A stretch of DNA of 64,000 nucleotides, from contig NC_042999.1 in the NCBI RefSeq assembly GCF_006345805.1, positions 81,468,001 to 81,532,000 of the forward strand, in the 5' to 3' direction. A program made the position numbers and the translations under genes. The DNA is from Octopus sinensis (lineage: Eukaryota). The notes beneath the pieces are model-generated. The model was not told the origin of the DNA. It worked only from the letters and a program-made list of their open reading frames with translations, and made no database searches. Below are positions 23,155-37,136 of this stretch, piece after piece. Within the stretch, counting starts at the first letter, position 1; each line of letters begins with the position of its first letter.

Positions 23155-26100
23155 ATTTGTATTATATATTAATAGACGAGTTTCGTTCAAATGTATGATA
23201 ATATGCAGAAGCATGTTCAAAGACTGTGATAATTGTTCTGATTATACAACGAAATAATGAGTCGATGGTTTTAATTTACACGTTGCTTATATACTTGTAG
23301 TACCTATCAACGATGTTTTTCTTGCTTTATCAAACACCGTGCACTTCAGTATATCTTAAAATATCAGTTTTCATCTCATGTTTAGATCTTAGTATATTAT
23401 CTATCTCAGAAAATGATTATGCCCTGTTAATTCTTGCCGCTTTCGCATTAAAATCACGTTAACATCATACACACAAAATCACACCAACCACCACACGTAT
23501 ATGTATGTATATGTGTGTGCATCTGTGTAAATATATGTAACTGTATAGATTTGTATAAATAAATTTATATGTGAGAAGGGACGTGCATCTATGTGTTATA
23601 GAAGGAGATTGAGGAGGAAAGACGAGTGTATAATATTTGGGTTTAGATTCATATATATGAGAAAATCCGGCACCAATTTAAATTCGGCATTAGTAACAAT
23701 TGTAATCACGAAATGATATCTAGAGACGCAGCCCCTATAATATAGAGACACAAAAACCTAGAAAAAGATAAACTTTTAGCACATGTAGAAACTGACCTCA
23801 TATATCTCAGCTAAAGAGTCTCCTCATTTCAATACATAAAACAAAGTACGACAGAACCTGAAGTAACTCTGACAAAATAAATGAAGAAACCGAATGGTCG
23901 GACAAGCGTAAAATAATTGATTGTAGGATAGAATATTGAACTAAAAGACTAATGATCATAACTTTTACAGAACATTGAAGTGATTTCACAAATCTCTCCT
24001 CTAATTTGATAACATCTGTTAGAAGAGAGATATGTTTATTTACGAAAGCATCACACTAGTAGATACATAAATTATAAAATTAGGGAAAAAAGTAACACCC
24101 AATAATTGCAAACAATATATGTTATTTACTGGCAGAAACGTTTATGAAGAATAAATTTGTAGTAAGAATAACTATTCTTGATATCAAAACTTATGCTTGG
24201 GAAACAATTGCATGCACATAAAACCCTAATTTTTAAGAAAAAGATCATTTGGGGTATAAAAGAATTCTGAACTAGAGCACCAGCTGATAGTGCTGATATA
24301 TGTGACATTCTGTAAACATCAGCTATATTTGCTGAAGAATATAATCTTAGGTCGACCACACAGATATTTCTAGATTTCACATGTAGAAATGTAGAATTCG
24401 GTCCATGACCACTGCATCAGATATGTGAATGGGATAGAAATCACCTCAGTCACGTCAAATAAAATGCAATATGTTTCACAGCAACATTTCCTTCAACCTC
24501 CAATATAATTACTCACCCACGAGCTTTCAGCGTATACATTTGTTGTTAGAAATTTCTTATGTAACCAATTAATTACAATAACATGGTTATACACCTTTCT
24601 GAATCACTGATATTTACTATGTTCCCTAATTGTTTTTATTCTCTAAATAAGCTAATCCTATATTGAGTCATCCAACTGCGGTGTACACTCAATAATACGC
24701 AATTAACCAATAAAAATCCGTAACATTTCAGCTACTTTAAAAATTACAATAGATGGGTTGATAAGATATGTTTTAATATTATTTGTTAAAAAGATATAGC
24801 CCTTTACCTAACTTAGAAAATATAGCTATTTGTAAGTGATGCAATTATTAAAGCAGACATCATTATTTTCAACAGTTGAAATAACACTGTACAATATTAC
24901 CGATTATTTAAGGATGAAGACTTCACATTTATTTATATGCAGACACAGATGCCGATGTAGCTATTCCTTATAATTTGATAGAGAAGGAGGCGTTTTCATA
25001 AATTCCCTGCTTCTTTCGATTTGTAATAATTGAATAAATGATAAAGTTGATGAAAATGTTAAATATCTGTAAGATGTTCATCTACAGAATGAGAAACTTG
25101 AAATGTTGAGATTCTAGAGAAAACTAAACAAAATGTTCTGATTGATGTCGGCATAGCACGACGTGTGTCAGTTCCGAATCTAAATAGTATCCGATGAGCA
25201 AAACCGTTCCTGCAGCGATTGTAATTATGATGTTAGGGAATTGCGTCTCTATCGCAAAGAATTGTATTGATAAGTCTTCAATAGGCCAAAAAATAAAAAT
25301 AAGAAAGAAGATCAGTAGATCTTTTTTTCTTCTCTAATATATTTAAGTTTATATAAGCAGCAATGTTCTAGATTTGAGATAGTAAGCGCTAAAACTTTGA
25401 GCAATAGGCAATTGCTTTCAATGCTATTTTTCAACAAAAGGGAGAGAAAGAGTCCGAGTAATCAGAGTGTTATAAGGGAAAAGTAAATCTAATGGGATCA
25501 AAGTGTCAAATGTAATATGAAGTATGTTCCTTTTCTGATGCAATCGGAGGTATTTTATTATTTTGCGTGTATGTTATTGGGAAATGGTGGAGAAATGAAT
25601 AAGGAAGTTTCAGAGGAGTTTTAAATGATTGTTTCAGTGTATACAGGTGACAAATGTCATAGTGTAGTCTGATGACACAGATTGTGCTTTAGGAGACAAG
25701 AAAGATATGTTTTGTGTATCAATTAAGGATATTCTTGTGTGCGGCTTCTAACTTATGTAAAATAATAGACTTTTATATCATCAGAGTAAGGAGTACTGGA
25801 GAAGTGTTGCAAGTCGAAAATTATATGAACAATTTATCGTTATTATTATTATTCTTTTGTATAGGCTGGGGATGTTTGGAATGCGACAGAGCAAACAAAT
25901 TACGAATCTTTCAGCCTGAAGCTGTCAGAGCACAGTATATATTAATCGATGTCAGTGGTAATATGTCGCCTTCCAATTGTGTACTGCTAAACAACATTAC
26001 ATCATTTGTAATATTGTAGCATAATTTAAGCAGACTATTAATGAATTGGAAAGTAGATGGAATAAATGATAATAAACGAATCATTCACTATATATTCTGA

Positions 26101-27035
26101 CAAAAGTGTTTTAATTATTGTCAATTGTTTCAAAACTGAAAAAATATCAAATATGGTATTTACTTGTTAAATATTATAACTACACAAAATTAGTGTTATT
26201 AAGATAGACTAACGATAGAATTGCTAATAACAGGTAAATGCTCGCTAGGAAAGAAAAATATGCAATTTTTTCCAATGCTTGAAAATAAAATCATTTTTCT
26301 TCTGGTTCATCTGTATACAGAGGCTAATAAACTGCACTATTTACAGTTAACAACTACACTGAATGTCATTTGAATGTACTGTTGGAGACTGAATATGCCG
26401 CCGCGAAATTTTGGCCAGATGCAGAGCATAACAAATTACAGAAGTAGGTAATATTATTTGTTTTTAAAATGCAGACATTTGTACACATTATTATGAATTA
26501 TTTCCATATATGCTAAAAGATTTCAATTGTTGAGACACTAACAATATCGAGATAAGAGCGTCAATAAACTACAAACATAGTATGAAAACAAATTATATTA
26601 ATCACCTAACTAGCATAATAGAAACAAATCAGAAATCGTTTAAGGAAAGGAGCCTTAAAGACAGGAAATTGATGAGTGTCTTATCAAGTTTTGTATATAT
26701 GTATATATCAGCCATTACCTTTTTTTCTAATATTTTTCTAATTATTATCGTAAATGAAACATTTGTTACCTTCCGGGTATTTAGCATTTTATTAAAATCG
26801 AGAAATCAAACAAAAAACATGAAAAAATTGAAACAAATATATTCTCTAAATTCTGCAATAATTCTTTCTTCTTTATGCGATTATTTACATAGATTTGTTC
26901 ATACATACATGCACACACACGCACACAGACATAGTGAGAGAGTTACACACATACACGCATATATGTGCACATATATTTGTTTGTATGTATGTATCTATTT
27001 ATGTATGTATGTATGTATGTATGTATGTATGTATG

Positions 27036-27122
<87 letters not shown>

Positions 27123-28595
27123 CGTGCATATTCAAATGAATGATTGTTTTGGAAAAATAAATTACTAGAATAATTGTAAAGAAACACAGGCATATACAAA
27201 AATACATACATATATATTGTTCGATATCGTTTGAATGTGTGTTTGCCTACGGCAAACGAATTCGTAACGATTGCCCGTCACTAAAATAATGATTGCTTTA
27301 ATTATTATGATTTTATTCAAGAAAAACGTTAAAAGCTATAACAGTGATTTAAAATTATTTCTTGCTTTTAGCACAAATAGTACATTTACTTGCATATTAA
27401 TTTGTAATCTAAGAAACTTACTAATTTTAATTCTTAAACTGGTTTTCCACTTCTCAGATTTTCTCATTACTTTTAAACTTATACACGCTACAGTGAAACT
27501 CTAAGCATAATGAAATTCTTTTACACCCTTCAAGGTTTCTCAATCTTTCTGAGCCCCGATAGCTATTCTAAACTTCAGTGACAAAGAAGTCCAGTAAGCG
27601 CCAACATCATCATTGGAAACAGCTTAATTCACTGACGAAATGTGTTTACATTACTATGTTAGGAACCTTATTAGGTGCCAAAATGAATCAAAACTAACTT
27701 GTTTTTTTTTCTAAAAATGTTCCAATTCAGCAGTATTGAAATAGTATTCGTCAAACTATGTTCGTCAACGAAGTCGATGTGTTTCGTTATCAAGAAACCC
27801 ACATGGTGTAACTCCAGTGTGTGATCAAGTGTTATTTCCTTGTTAAAAATGAAAGGAAAAAATAAACAGGCGCAGATATGTAAGTATTTTCAGTCTATTC
27901 CCCAATCACACGTTTATGGGTTTAGTTCTACTGCGTGACACTTTGGACAAAATTCTACGATAGCCTTGGGCCGACCAGGGCTGTGTAAGTGGACTTGGCC
28001 GATAGAGATTCTAAGAAGCTTGTCATATATACATATATATATATACATATGGATGTATTTTTCTCTATATATATCATCTAATATAGAATCATAGTTTTGC
28101 CTTACATGTAAGTTAGCACTTATTGTTTATGATACTACTGATTGTGAAACTTAGTACAAATTTTACAAAAATTTCATTTCCCAAGAGATCGTATCATGGT
28201 TTATTTTCTTTGTTAATATTCACGAGCAATATATGCCCCATTTCATATTCTTTCAGATCATTTGATATTTTAGGCAAGAGTTTGGTTACTAGTTCTTTGT
28301 CCAGTTTTCTTCGTTATATTTTGAAGAACTAGCTGTTGACATTTTAGCGGATTATTATAGCTACTCCTTTCTTTGTTAAATATTTATTCTAGATTAGTTA
28401 AATAAATTTGTCTATATTTTTCAAGAGAAAACCCCTTTTACACTTCTCAAAATTTTACATCATAAATTTCTCGGCTTCATTGCATTTATTTTTCCTGCAT
28501 ATATTTTGCAAAGTATTAGAATATTCTAATACTCCAAACCACTTCGGTATTTGCTGCATTTCCGTAGAAATTCCTCTCATTTGTTTTCTCTCTCT

Positions 28596-28641
<46 letters not shown>

Positions 28642-28658
28642 CTTATACAGACAGACAG

Positions 28659-28713
<55 letters not shown>

Positions 28714-28760
28714 CATGTATATATATATATATGTATATATATATATACATGTATATATAT

Positions 28761-28820
<60 letters not shown>

Positions 28821-28821
28821 T

Positions 28822-28859
<38 letters not shown>

Positions 28860-30780
28860 CACCCTTAAATTAATTAACTTAGACGCCCAAAAATTATGTT
28901 AGAGTATAATATTGAAGACCGGACTGAACCATTTAAACCGATTAGACTTTGTATAACAATTAAGGACCACAAAGATAATTATCTACGTAATACTCAGGTC
29001 AGATTAATATACCCCAATATCTAGATTCAGGCAAGCTTAACAAACCAGTCTTGGATAAGTACATATCAACCCTTAAGAAAAAGATTAAACTCAAGTTATG
29101 GACAAACAACCAAAGCGCAATAGAATGGTTCTCTAACATAAAATATCAGGATACACATAATTTTTTCCAAATTGACATACAGAATTATTATTCCTTCATA
29201 AAGCCTACTATTCTAAATAATGCGCTTATTTTTGCTAAGAATATTACTAAGATAAGTAGAAATGAAATTAATGTAATCCTTACGGCCCGTAAGTCCACTA
29301 TCGAATTTGATAACAAATTGTAGGCTAGAAAGATCACCTCTGATTTCTTTCATATAAAATGGGATTCCTCTCTCAGCGGAGGTAACTGAACTTGTAGGAA
29401 TTTACCTTTCAGACAACATTTATAAAGAATTTTCCGAATTTGGGTGAGGCCTGTATTGAGACGGCGCACTTTTTCTTATCAGACACATCTCGAATAGACG
29501 CCTTGAACTACTTAAGAAACGTCTGTATAAATTGTTTTAATAGGTTCGGTCTCTCCATTACTATAGATAATGAAAACTACTCAATCAACTATTTAGATGG
29601 TAACTGCGATTTAAATACTAGTTTACACCAACCTTATATGAAACCTAACTCTAAATTAAAGTATATAATCTATCAAAATAACCATCCACAATCAGTAAAA
29701 AGGGATTTAATAAGAAGCATTAACAAAAGGATCTCCTATGTCTCATGTAATGAGGACATATCAAATAGCCATAAGGATAATTATGATAAGGCAAATATGG
29801 ATGCGTGCTATAAAGATAGAAATAAATATATCCCACACGAGTATGCAATGAATAGTGGTAAGGACGAATGTGTAACCGCAAAAATATTGCACATGACCAT
29901 GCACATAAGCGATGTAAAAAAGCACAGGGAGCTACAGCTAATGACACTAGTAGGATCAGATTTAGTAACAATATGGGCAACCATAAGAATGACAGTAACA
30001 TAATGGGTAGCACAACGAGAGTTAATGAACGTATGATAAATAATATCAATAAACACACTAACCGCGAAGAGACTACTGGTAAATCGGGAGATAAGATCTG
30101 GTGCACACTCCCTTTTTCAATGCAAATAAAGGCTGACTTAGCCAATCAATTATTTAACGTTATAAATAAGCATTTTGATAATAATAGGTATTCTAAACTT
30201 AAAATTAGTAGTACAATAAGGATAGATTATAGTCTTACACATCATTAAGCGAGCATTATATCCTCCCTGAATAATAAAAGATTAGATATTTCCTACTTAA
30301 AAAGAAACAAAAATAACAACGACGGCGATATTAGTAGGAATAAAAACAATAAACACCCCCTCTGACATTGTAAAGAGTACACTCATAACCAAAATAGCCA
30401 CTTTATTCGCAATAGACTCAACCCTACCCCACTAGGAAGTAATTCCTCCCTACAGCACAATTTATGTGACTGTAGGAATAGGAAAATTGTGCCTTCAGAA
30501 TTAAGGATGTAATTTACCTGCAGAATTAAGGATGTAATTTACCAATGTACTCTCCGAACACAGTCTAGTAAAATGAGGTACATAGGAGCTACACAAAATA
30601 AGATAAAACGTAGACTAGACGCATCAACATTCTTTTCGAAATAGAGACATAATTAAATCGACTGGTTTAAGTAAGTATATTTGAGAGCTCAAGATAGTGA
30701 TATTATTTTCACATTAAAATGGGAGATCCTCGCTACTACACCTTCGTATAATGAAAAAAGTATTGATTAGGTATTTTACC
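28860..30780 (+). mobile_element. Decayed Penelope-like element (RT + GIY-YIG endonuclease)
   Basis: TIKDHKDN..VRLI, LWTNNQSAIEWF, FFQIDIQNYY, INYLD, YMKPN..NHP, CDCRN and DVIYQC..MRYIGAT..KRRL (~30528-30618). Many stops and frameshifts. Begins after (TA)n. Confidence 0.88.
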
Positions 30781-30786
30781 ATATAC

Positions 30787-30969
30787 AGTTCTACATTTAA
30801 AAGATGAGGAGTTATGTACATTATTTACATTATTTAGAATTGACGGATATTTGATCTCATCTTGTTTGTTGTTAACACAATGTTTCGGCTGATACACCCT
30901 CCAGCCTTCATCGGGTATCTTGGGGAAATTTCAAACCTCGGTTCTCATTCTTAATGTATTTTTCGATGT
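30787..30969 (-). mobile_element. Pseudo-LTR fragment with hammerhead-like motif at 30874-30919 (family of 1333-1498)
   Basis: Minus strand reads gatac-CCGATGA-a-GGCTG..CAGCC-GAAAC-att-gtgtt; core U4>C. Confidence 0.7.
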
Positions 30970-31277
30970 CATATGGGCTGCATATTTTTTGTAACTTTTT
31001 CGGAGAGGCATTTCACATAGGGTAAGAAGACTGTGGACAGTTAATCGGTTTCATCCCCTCTCTTTTCTTCCTAATTGCAGTGGAGAGTATGATTTTGAGG
31101 TAGTTATTGCTTAATAGATTGTTACTGAGCTTGGTCATTTCTCCGTGGTGGGATTCACGATCGCTACTTAAAATCATTGCTCGATGCTTTAGGTACTGAG
31201 AAATCCCTCTCTTTACACAGTATATATACATACATATATATATACATACATATATGCATAAACATATATGTATATTA

Positions 31278-31308
<31 letters not shown>

Positions 31309-31323
31309 GTATATATATATATA

Positions 31324-31372
<49 letters not shown>

Positions 31373-31400
31373 ATATATATGTGTGTATATACATATATAT

Positions 31401-31464
<64 letters not shown>

Positions 31465-31689
31465 ACATATACGCGCAGGTGTGGCTGTTATGTAAGACGC
31501 GCTTGCTTACCAGCCACATAGATCTCCGTCATCTTTTTCTGCCTCTCCTTCTTCCCTGCAAAGAATTCCCAACGGTCTCGAACCCACAAGTGTAAACAAG
31601 AGAGACAGAGAGACAAGCATAAACGAGGAAAATGCCCCTTATATTTGAATACTATGCAAATATTCTTTTAAAAAAACTTTCCACACTTA

Positions 31690-31725
31690 CAGTTGAAAAA
31701 GTCTCAATGACTGAAACCGGTACTG
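31690..31725 (+). ncRNA. Degenerate minimal hammerhead motif
   Basis: cag-TTGAAAA-agtc(tcaat)gact-GAAA-CCGG-TA-ctg. All three stems are intact, with two core substitutions relative to CTGAAGA. Confidence 0.55.
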
Positions 31726-32167
31726 AAATGTGTTTTATAAAATGATTTTAGCATTCTCTACCTTGACGTTTTTTACACACACACACGCACACACCCACAC
31801 ATACATATATGTAGTTGAAATATGTGAGATAGATATATTTTGCCTAATTTGTTTATCCTTATTTTTACTCACACACACACACGAAGTGTATCTACAGTTT
31901 CTTTCGACCAAATATTCCGTCACATGGCATTGGTCGTACCGGGCTGTAGTTGAACCCATTCAAAGTGTCGCGGAGTACAACTCAAACGGTGACCACTGCA
32001 TATCACATAGCAATATCTAAGTATATGTTTGTGTACAGAGAGAGAGAGAGAGAGAGAGAGTGAGAGAGAAAGAGAGGAAAGGATGGAGAGAGTAAGAGAA
32101 AGAAAGAGAGAGAATGTAAATATATTTATGAGTAAATATTTATTTATATGTATGTATATATGTATGG

Positions 32168-32203
<36 letters not shown>

Positions 32204-32313
32204 TCGTATGTATACATATGTATGAATATATATAATATACATATATATATATTTATATGTCTATAAATATTTATATATGCACGTAAGTACATATGTATGT
32301 TTATATGAATACG

Positions 32314-32348
<35 letters not shown>

Positions 32349-33189
32349 GTTAGTACGTATGTATATATATGTATATGTATATATATATGTTAGTATGTAT
32401 GTACCTGTATATATGTACGATACTTCGGTGATAATTCCCTTGCTCAGATGTTCAGGACTTTGGTAGATTGTGATATTGTGTCATAGTCCCCAATATTCCG
32501 TGTTCACTCTTGGCCAGTATGATACTTTTAATAAATAACCCGGTTATGGGTTAAATACCAAATATATTCTTGTGGCTGTAGCTAACAGTATTCTCTGAAG
32601 GCATAGTAACTGTGTCATACACCCATGATTTTATAACGTACTTTGATGTCAGATTGAGCCTTAATTATTTAACAGACTCGTTCATAAAATTTAAGCTCAG
32701 GTTAGCAGGGAACGAGCAAAGTAAACTGAAAACGAAGTTTATTAGTACTTTTAAGGAAACACTCGGTATATTTTCCCTAATGAGTATCATTCAACTTTTG
32801 TCATATTTTTAAGTAAAAGAAAATGGAATCAATATATAAAAAATTATAAATAAGGGAAGCGCACGTCATCTTTTCAAGTTCTACTCATGTGGCAAAAAGG
32901 GACTGAAAGGGGTTGCTGTAAACATGCACCTATAGATCAGCGCGAGTGTAATTTTGTTGGGTTTTCACTAGCAGCTGTTGAAATTTACCAACATTAGCGC
33001 AAATATTTGTTTGAATTTTGGCTTCTGTTTTTATGATTTTCCTCTTCCCACGGCTTTATGTAACATCACATCATATCATATTGTCCTGTACCGACCTCAC
33101 TCTGCTTATACATCCCTAATGATTAATAAAGAGATCATTATAGTTACAATGAAACCAGTGAGCTAGAAGTATTGTTATGGCGTCGAAAA

Positions 33190-33355
33190 TAAACGTGTAG
33201 CGTTATTTCGTTCGACACATTACGGTCGGAGTACAAATTCCACCGAGTTCGAATTTGACTTTCATCCTTTCGCGGTCGATAAAATAATGTACCAGGTTAG
33301 CATTAGGATCGACGACTATCCCCGTGCTCTAAATGTTCAGGCCTTGTGCCCACAA
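33190..33355 (+). mobile_element. Degenerate SINE (family of 7318 and 19905)
   Basis: ttgactttcatcctttcgcggtcgataaaataatgtacca core. Confidence 0.65.
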
Positions 33356-34299
33356 CTGAAAGAATCATATTAAACTTTCTGTAATAGACATAATTATTTA
33401 GAAATTTAAAATTACTTCTTTAAAATAAACTATAAACCATGTTTCTAGACAATATAAGCACCAATTGTTATAATTGATTCATGCTAGTTTCAATAATTAA
33501 TATACCTCCAAGTGAAAAAAAATTTAATGCAATGACTGTATTTATCGTCATCCAAATCTCTAGCTTCAGTTTTGATTTAACTGGGAAGATTTCATTTATA
33601 TTAAAATTCATGGCACATATTTTAATTTTAATTTTCGAACACTGATAACTTCAATGATCATACATTTACATGTGATGTGAACAATGTAGAAACTCATTCT
33701 CCTTTACTATATATACTGTTGCAATAGTAACGAGATTTAAGTACTACTTTGGTTTACAAAAATTTACAAATTCAACCAATATTGTAATGGGTGAAATTCA
33801 GATATGCTGAGATTCAGATATCTTTGCTCATTTTGCAGTATGCATGAAACAGTTCCATCATACAATGGAACCTGATGTGTGGTCGAATTTTTGCATAAAT
33901 TATTACTAGAGGTTAACCGGGTTTGCTCTTCAGAAACAGTTAAGTGATTTGCAGTGAACTAACAAGCGACAGTTTAGTCTTTTATGAATGTTTTCCAATA
34001 TTTGAAAAAAACAGTTGAAATAAAGTTGTTATGAAGTGGAAATAAATAATTTAGAAAGCATCCTAAACATTTCCCATTCCAATAATATTGTTAGTTAAGT
34101 TGTACACCCATATAAAAAAATATGTTAACACAATGTAATCATCACACTTCATGCGCATCTAAAGCTATGCAATACCCTTAAACAATATTTTTAAAAATCA
34201 ATATTTGTTTAACTCAATACACAAATTATTTCATTTACTTAATCATGCGTGTATGAGTCTTTTGAAAAATAGAGTAAAGAATATGGTTCGCAGAGAAGT

Positions 34300-34500
34300 T
34301 CAAAATCTAACGGAATACATCAGCATCTGGTTGTGTACTTGGCAGGAAAAACGAAATTTTACTTCTGGAAATACACATTCAGAAACACATATAAAAATAT
34401 AAAGTATATAATGTAAATGTTGAAAAATGCTTCCGAAATACGTTCAGAATCTAACGGAATGCGTCAGTATCTTGTCGTGTACTTGGCAGGAAAAACGAAA
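34300..34500. repeat. ~57-bp dispersed direct repeat
   Basis: aatctaacggaat..cag.atct.gt.gtgtacttggcaggaaaaacgaaa at ~34304 and ~34448. Confidence 0.8.
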
Positions 34501-35011
34501 AATGCTTCCGAGTAGAAAATCAAAATTATTTTTAACCAACATATTTATAATATTATTTACAGTTTTAAGTATATATTTCTCATTTCATGACAAATGCAAT
34601 GAAAGAGAAATAGCGATAAAGAACAATTTAGTTCTATTGTTGTTGTTATAAGTAAATGTTTATAAAAGAAGTTTTAACAGATAATTTAAACGATTTCGTA
34701 AGATGGATGTTATAGGAAATCCTATTCTACATCTCGGCTGCAGTCCTACTAAGCCCATATCGCTAATATATTTAATTACCAATGCATTCAGTTGATTATA
34801 TTGTCTTCAAATGTATTCTTTAGCAGTCTAGTGATAATTTTCGAAGTGAGCGTAATGAAATACAAAACGTAACCCAAGTGACACGAATTGTATGAAAACA
34901 AATTTGCTTTACTGCTCCTCTTTTATTATGGTTTGCATAAAATTTCTCATTAGTATACATTATTGACTTGACTAATATTTCCAGACTTTTATTAAACATT
35001 CCCCAAAACTA

Positions 35012-35058
<47 letters not shown>

Positions 35059-35949
35059 TAAACCAATTGGTAAAAAATTAAAGCGGCACCGGACAGATTT
35101 TAAGCATGTACAACATAAAATCGATAAGCTTAACATCTCCACCACCACACAGTAGGTCAGTAGTTTAATATCAATAACGGACATAAATCAATAAATACTG
35201 ATATCCTTATATTTCAGAGACGGGACCTCATAAACAACTATTATTCTAGCATAGTTGCATCTTCTCGTTCTCTTCGTCATGAAGAGTGTCTGCGTGGCCG
35301 ATTTATTCTCGGATTTATTCGAATAATTGCAGCACCCATCGCTTCTTCGCAAGCACTCACGAGTCACGGGTAGTGAGTGTGCTTGGAGCTCCCTACTTTG
35401 GCTGTATTTCACCCTGCTCAGTTATAACGATAGTGTAGCTGTGAATACAATAATGCTTTCTCCTAGAGACGTTAGTTACCGAAGTTAAACGAAATATCAC
35501 ACCTGATACATTTATGGTATAGCTGTGAATACAATAATGTTTTTTCTTAGATACTGAATACCCATCTAGTATTACTAAATACCTACAATAATCCAAAATA
35601 TACGCTGAACATACGCTTGCTCCATCCAGCAATTTCATACATTGTTTTTGTAATGCTTAGATTCTAGCAAACCTCTACATGAGACAAAATTAGTAGGATA
35701 AACGGTTTAGACGCTTCCCTATTGACAACGTAATGGATTGTATGAGATCAAATGTTACGGCCAATACTGACTAAAGAAGCCACTTCACAAAGCATATTCT
35801 TCGAAAAAGTTCCGTCTTATTTAACGTATGACATATTCATGTGGACATGCATTTACAAATCGATAAAAATAACTCTGAAAAATACTTAAGTAAAAACAAC
35901 AGCAAATATATCGTACATATCGACGTTCGTCCCATGTTCAGTACACACA

Positions 35950-36170
35950 TACACCTACATTCTATCTATTGTCTTTCCCATGTTTTAGTCGTTAGAGTGC
36001 GGCTGTGCTAGAGTATCGCCCTAAAGAAACTTTGTGTCCGAATGAATCGATCCTAGCATTTATTTTTTTAACTACATCTAATGGTCTATTATGCCGAACT
36101 AGTAACTTACAGGGACATAAACAAATCATTGGTGGATTTCAAGTGGTGCTGGGAGAAACATACTAACACA
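35950..36170 (-). mobile_element. Degenerate SINE 3' half (family of 44590)
   Basis: gcggctgtgctagagtatcgcc and gccgaactagtaacttacagggacataaac match the family in reverse orientation. Confidence 0.55.
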
Positions 36171-36182
36171 CACACGCACATC

Positions 36183-36221
<39 letters not shown>

Positions 36222-36272
36222 TATATATATATACATATATATGTATATATATATGTGTGTGTGTGTGTGCGA

Positions 36273-36521
36273 ATGCGTGTGTGAGAGAGAGAAAAAGTTT
36301 GTGTAATCTGCTTTGCGGTAAGCAGTTCGCTTCCCAACAATATTGTACGGGCTTAAAATCCACACCATGGTAAATTGAGCCTGAGACTTCTGCGTAACGT
36401 CGGGCCGTGTAAGTGAATTTGGTACCATGGTGTGGATTTTAAGCCCGTACAATATTGTTGGGAAGCGAACTGCTTACCACAAAGCAGATTACACAAACTT
36501 TTCTCTCTCCCACACACGCAT
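36273..36521. repeat. Inverted duplication with ~100-bp arms and a 50-bp spacer
   Basis: 36273-36372 is a near-perfect reverse complement of 36423-36521. Confidence 0.93.
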
Positions 36522-36633
36522 ATACATACATAAACATACAATATATTTATATATTTATATATATATTTATAATATATTAATATATATTTATAATATATTT
36601 ATTATATATATATATAATATATATATATATATT

Positions 36634-36667
<34 letters not shown>

Positions 36668-36757
36668 AAATATTATTTGAGACAAAACCACTATTTTGCA
36701 AAACAAACAGGAAAGACTTAATCAATACATAAAATTTAATAAATAGTCAAAAAACCG

Positions 36758-36800
36758 CCACTACAATCGTTTCTTGTCTTGATCGACAATCTTCAGGTGG
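36758..36800 (-). ncRNA. Minimal type I hammerhead ribozyme
   Basis: Mirror copy of 36865-36907. Confidence 0.78.
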
Positions 36801-36864
36801 ACTTCCAATAATTCAGTTACAAATTATGAAGTACTTCATAATTTGTAACTGAATTATTGGAAGT

Positions 36865-36907
36865 CCACCTGAAGATTGTCGATCAAGACAAGAAACGATT
36901 GTAGTGG
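36865..36907 (+). ncRNA. Minimal type I hammerhead ribozyme
   Basis: CCAC-CTGAAGA-TTGTC(gatcaa)GACAA-GAAA-C(gatt)G-TA-GTGG; predicted cleavage after A36903. Confidence 0.78.
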
Positions 36908-37076
36908 CGGTTTTTTGACTATTATTAAATTTTATGTATTGATTAAGTCTTTCCTTTTGTTTTGCAAAATAGTGGTTTTGTCTCAAATAATATTTATAAT
37001 ATTTTACTATAAAATTGGATTTAATCCTAAATCATGTTTTTTTTTTCCCTGTAATTTGGATATATTCCCTAATATT

Positions 37077-37136
<60 letters not shown>

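Larger units (their letters stand above)
36668..36995. repeat. Spacer-less ~330-bp palindrome of a pseudo-LTR-like sequence
   Basis: Centre gaagt|acttc at 36832/36833; the arms differ by only a few bases. Lies between (TA)n tracts. Confidence 0.95.
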
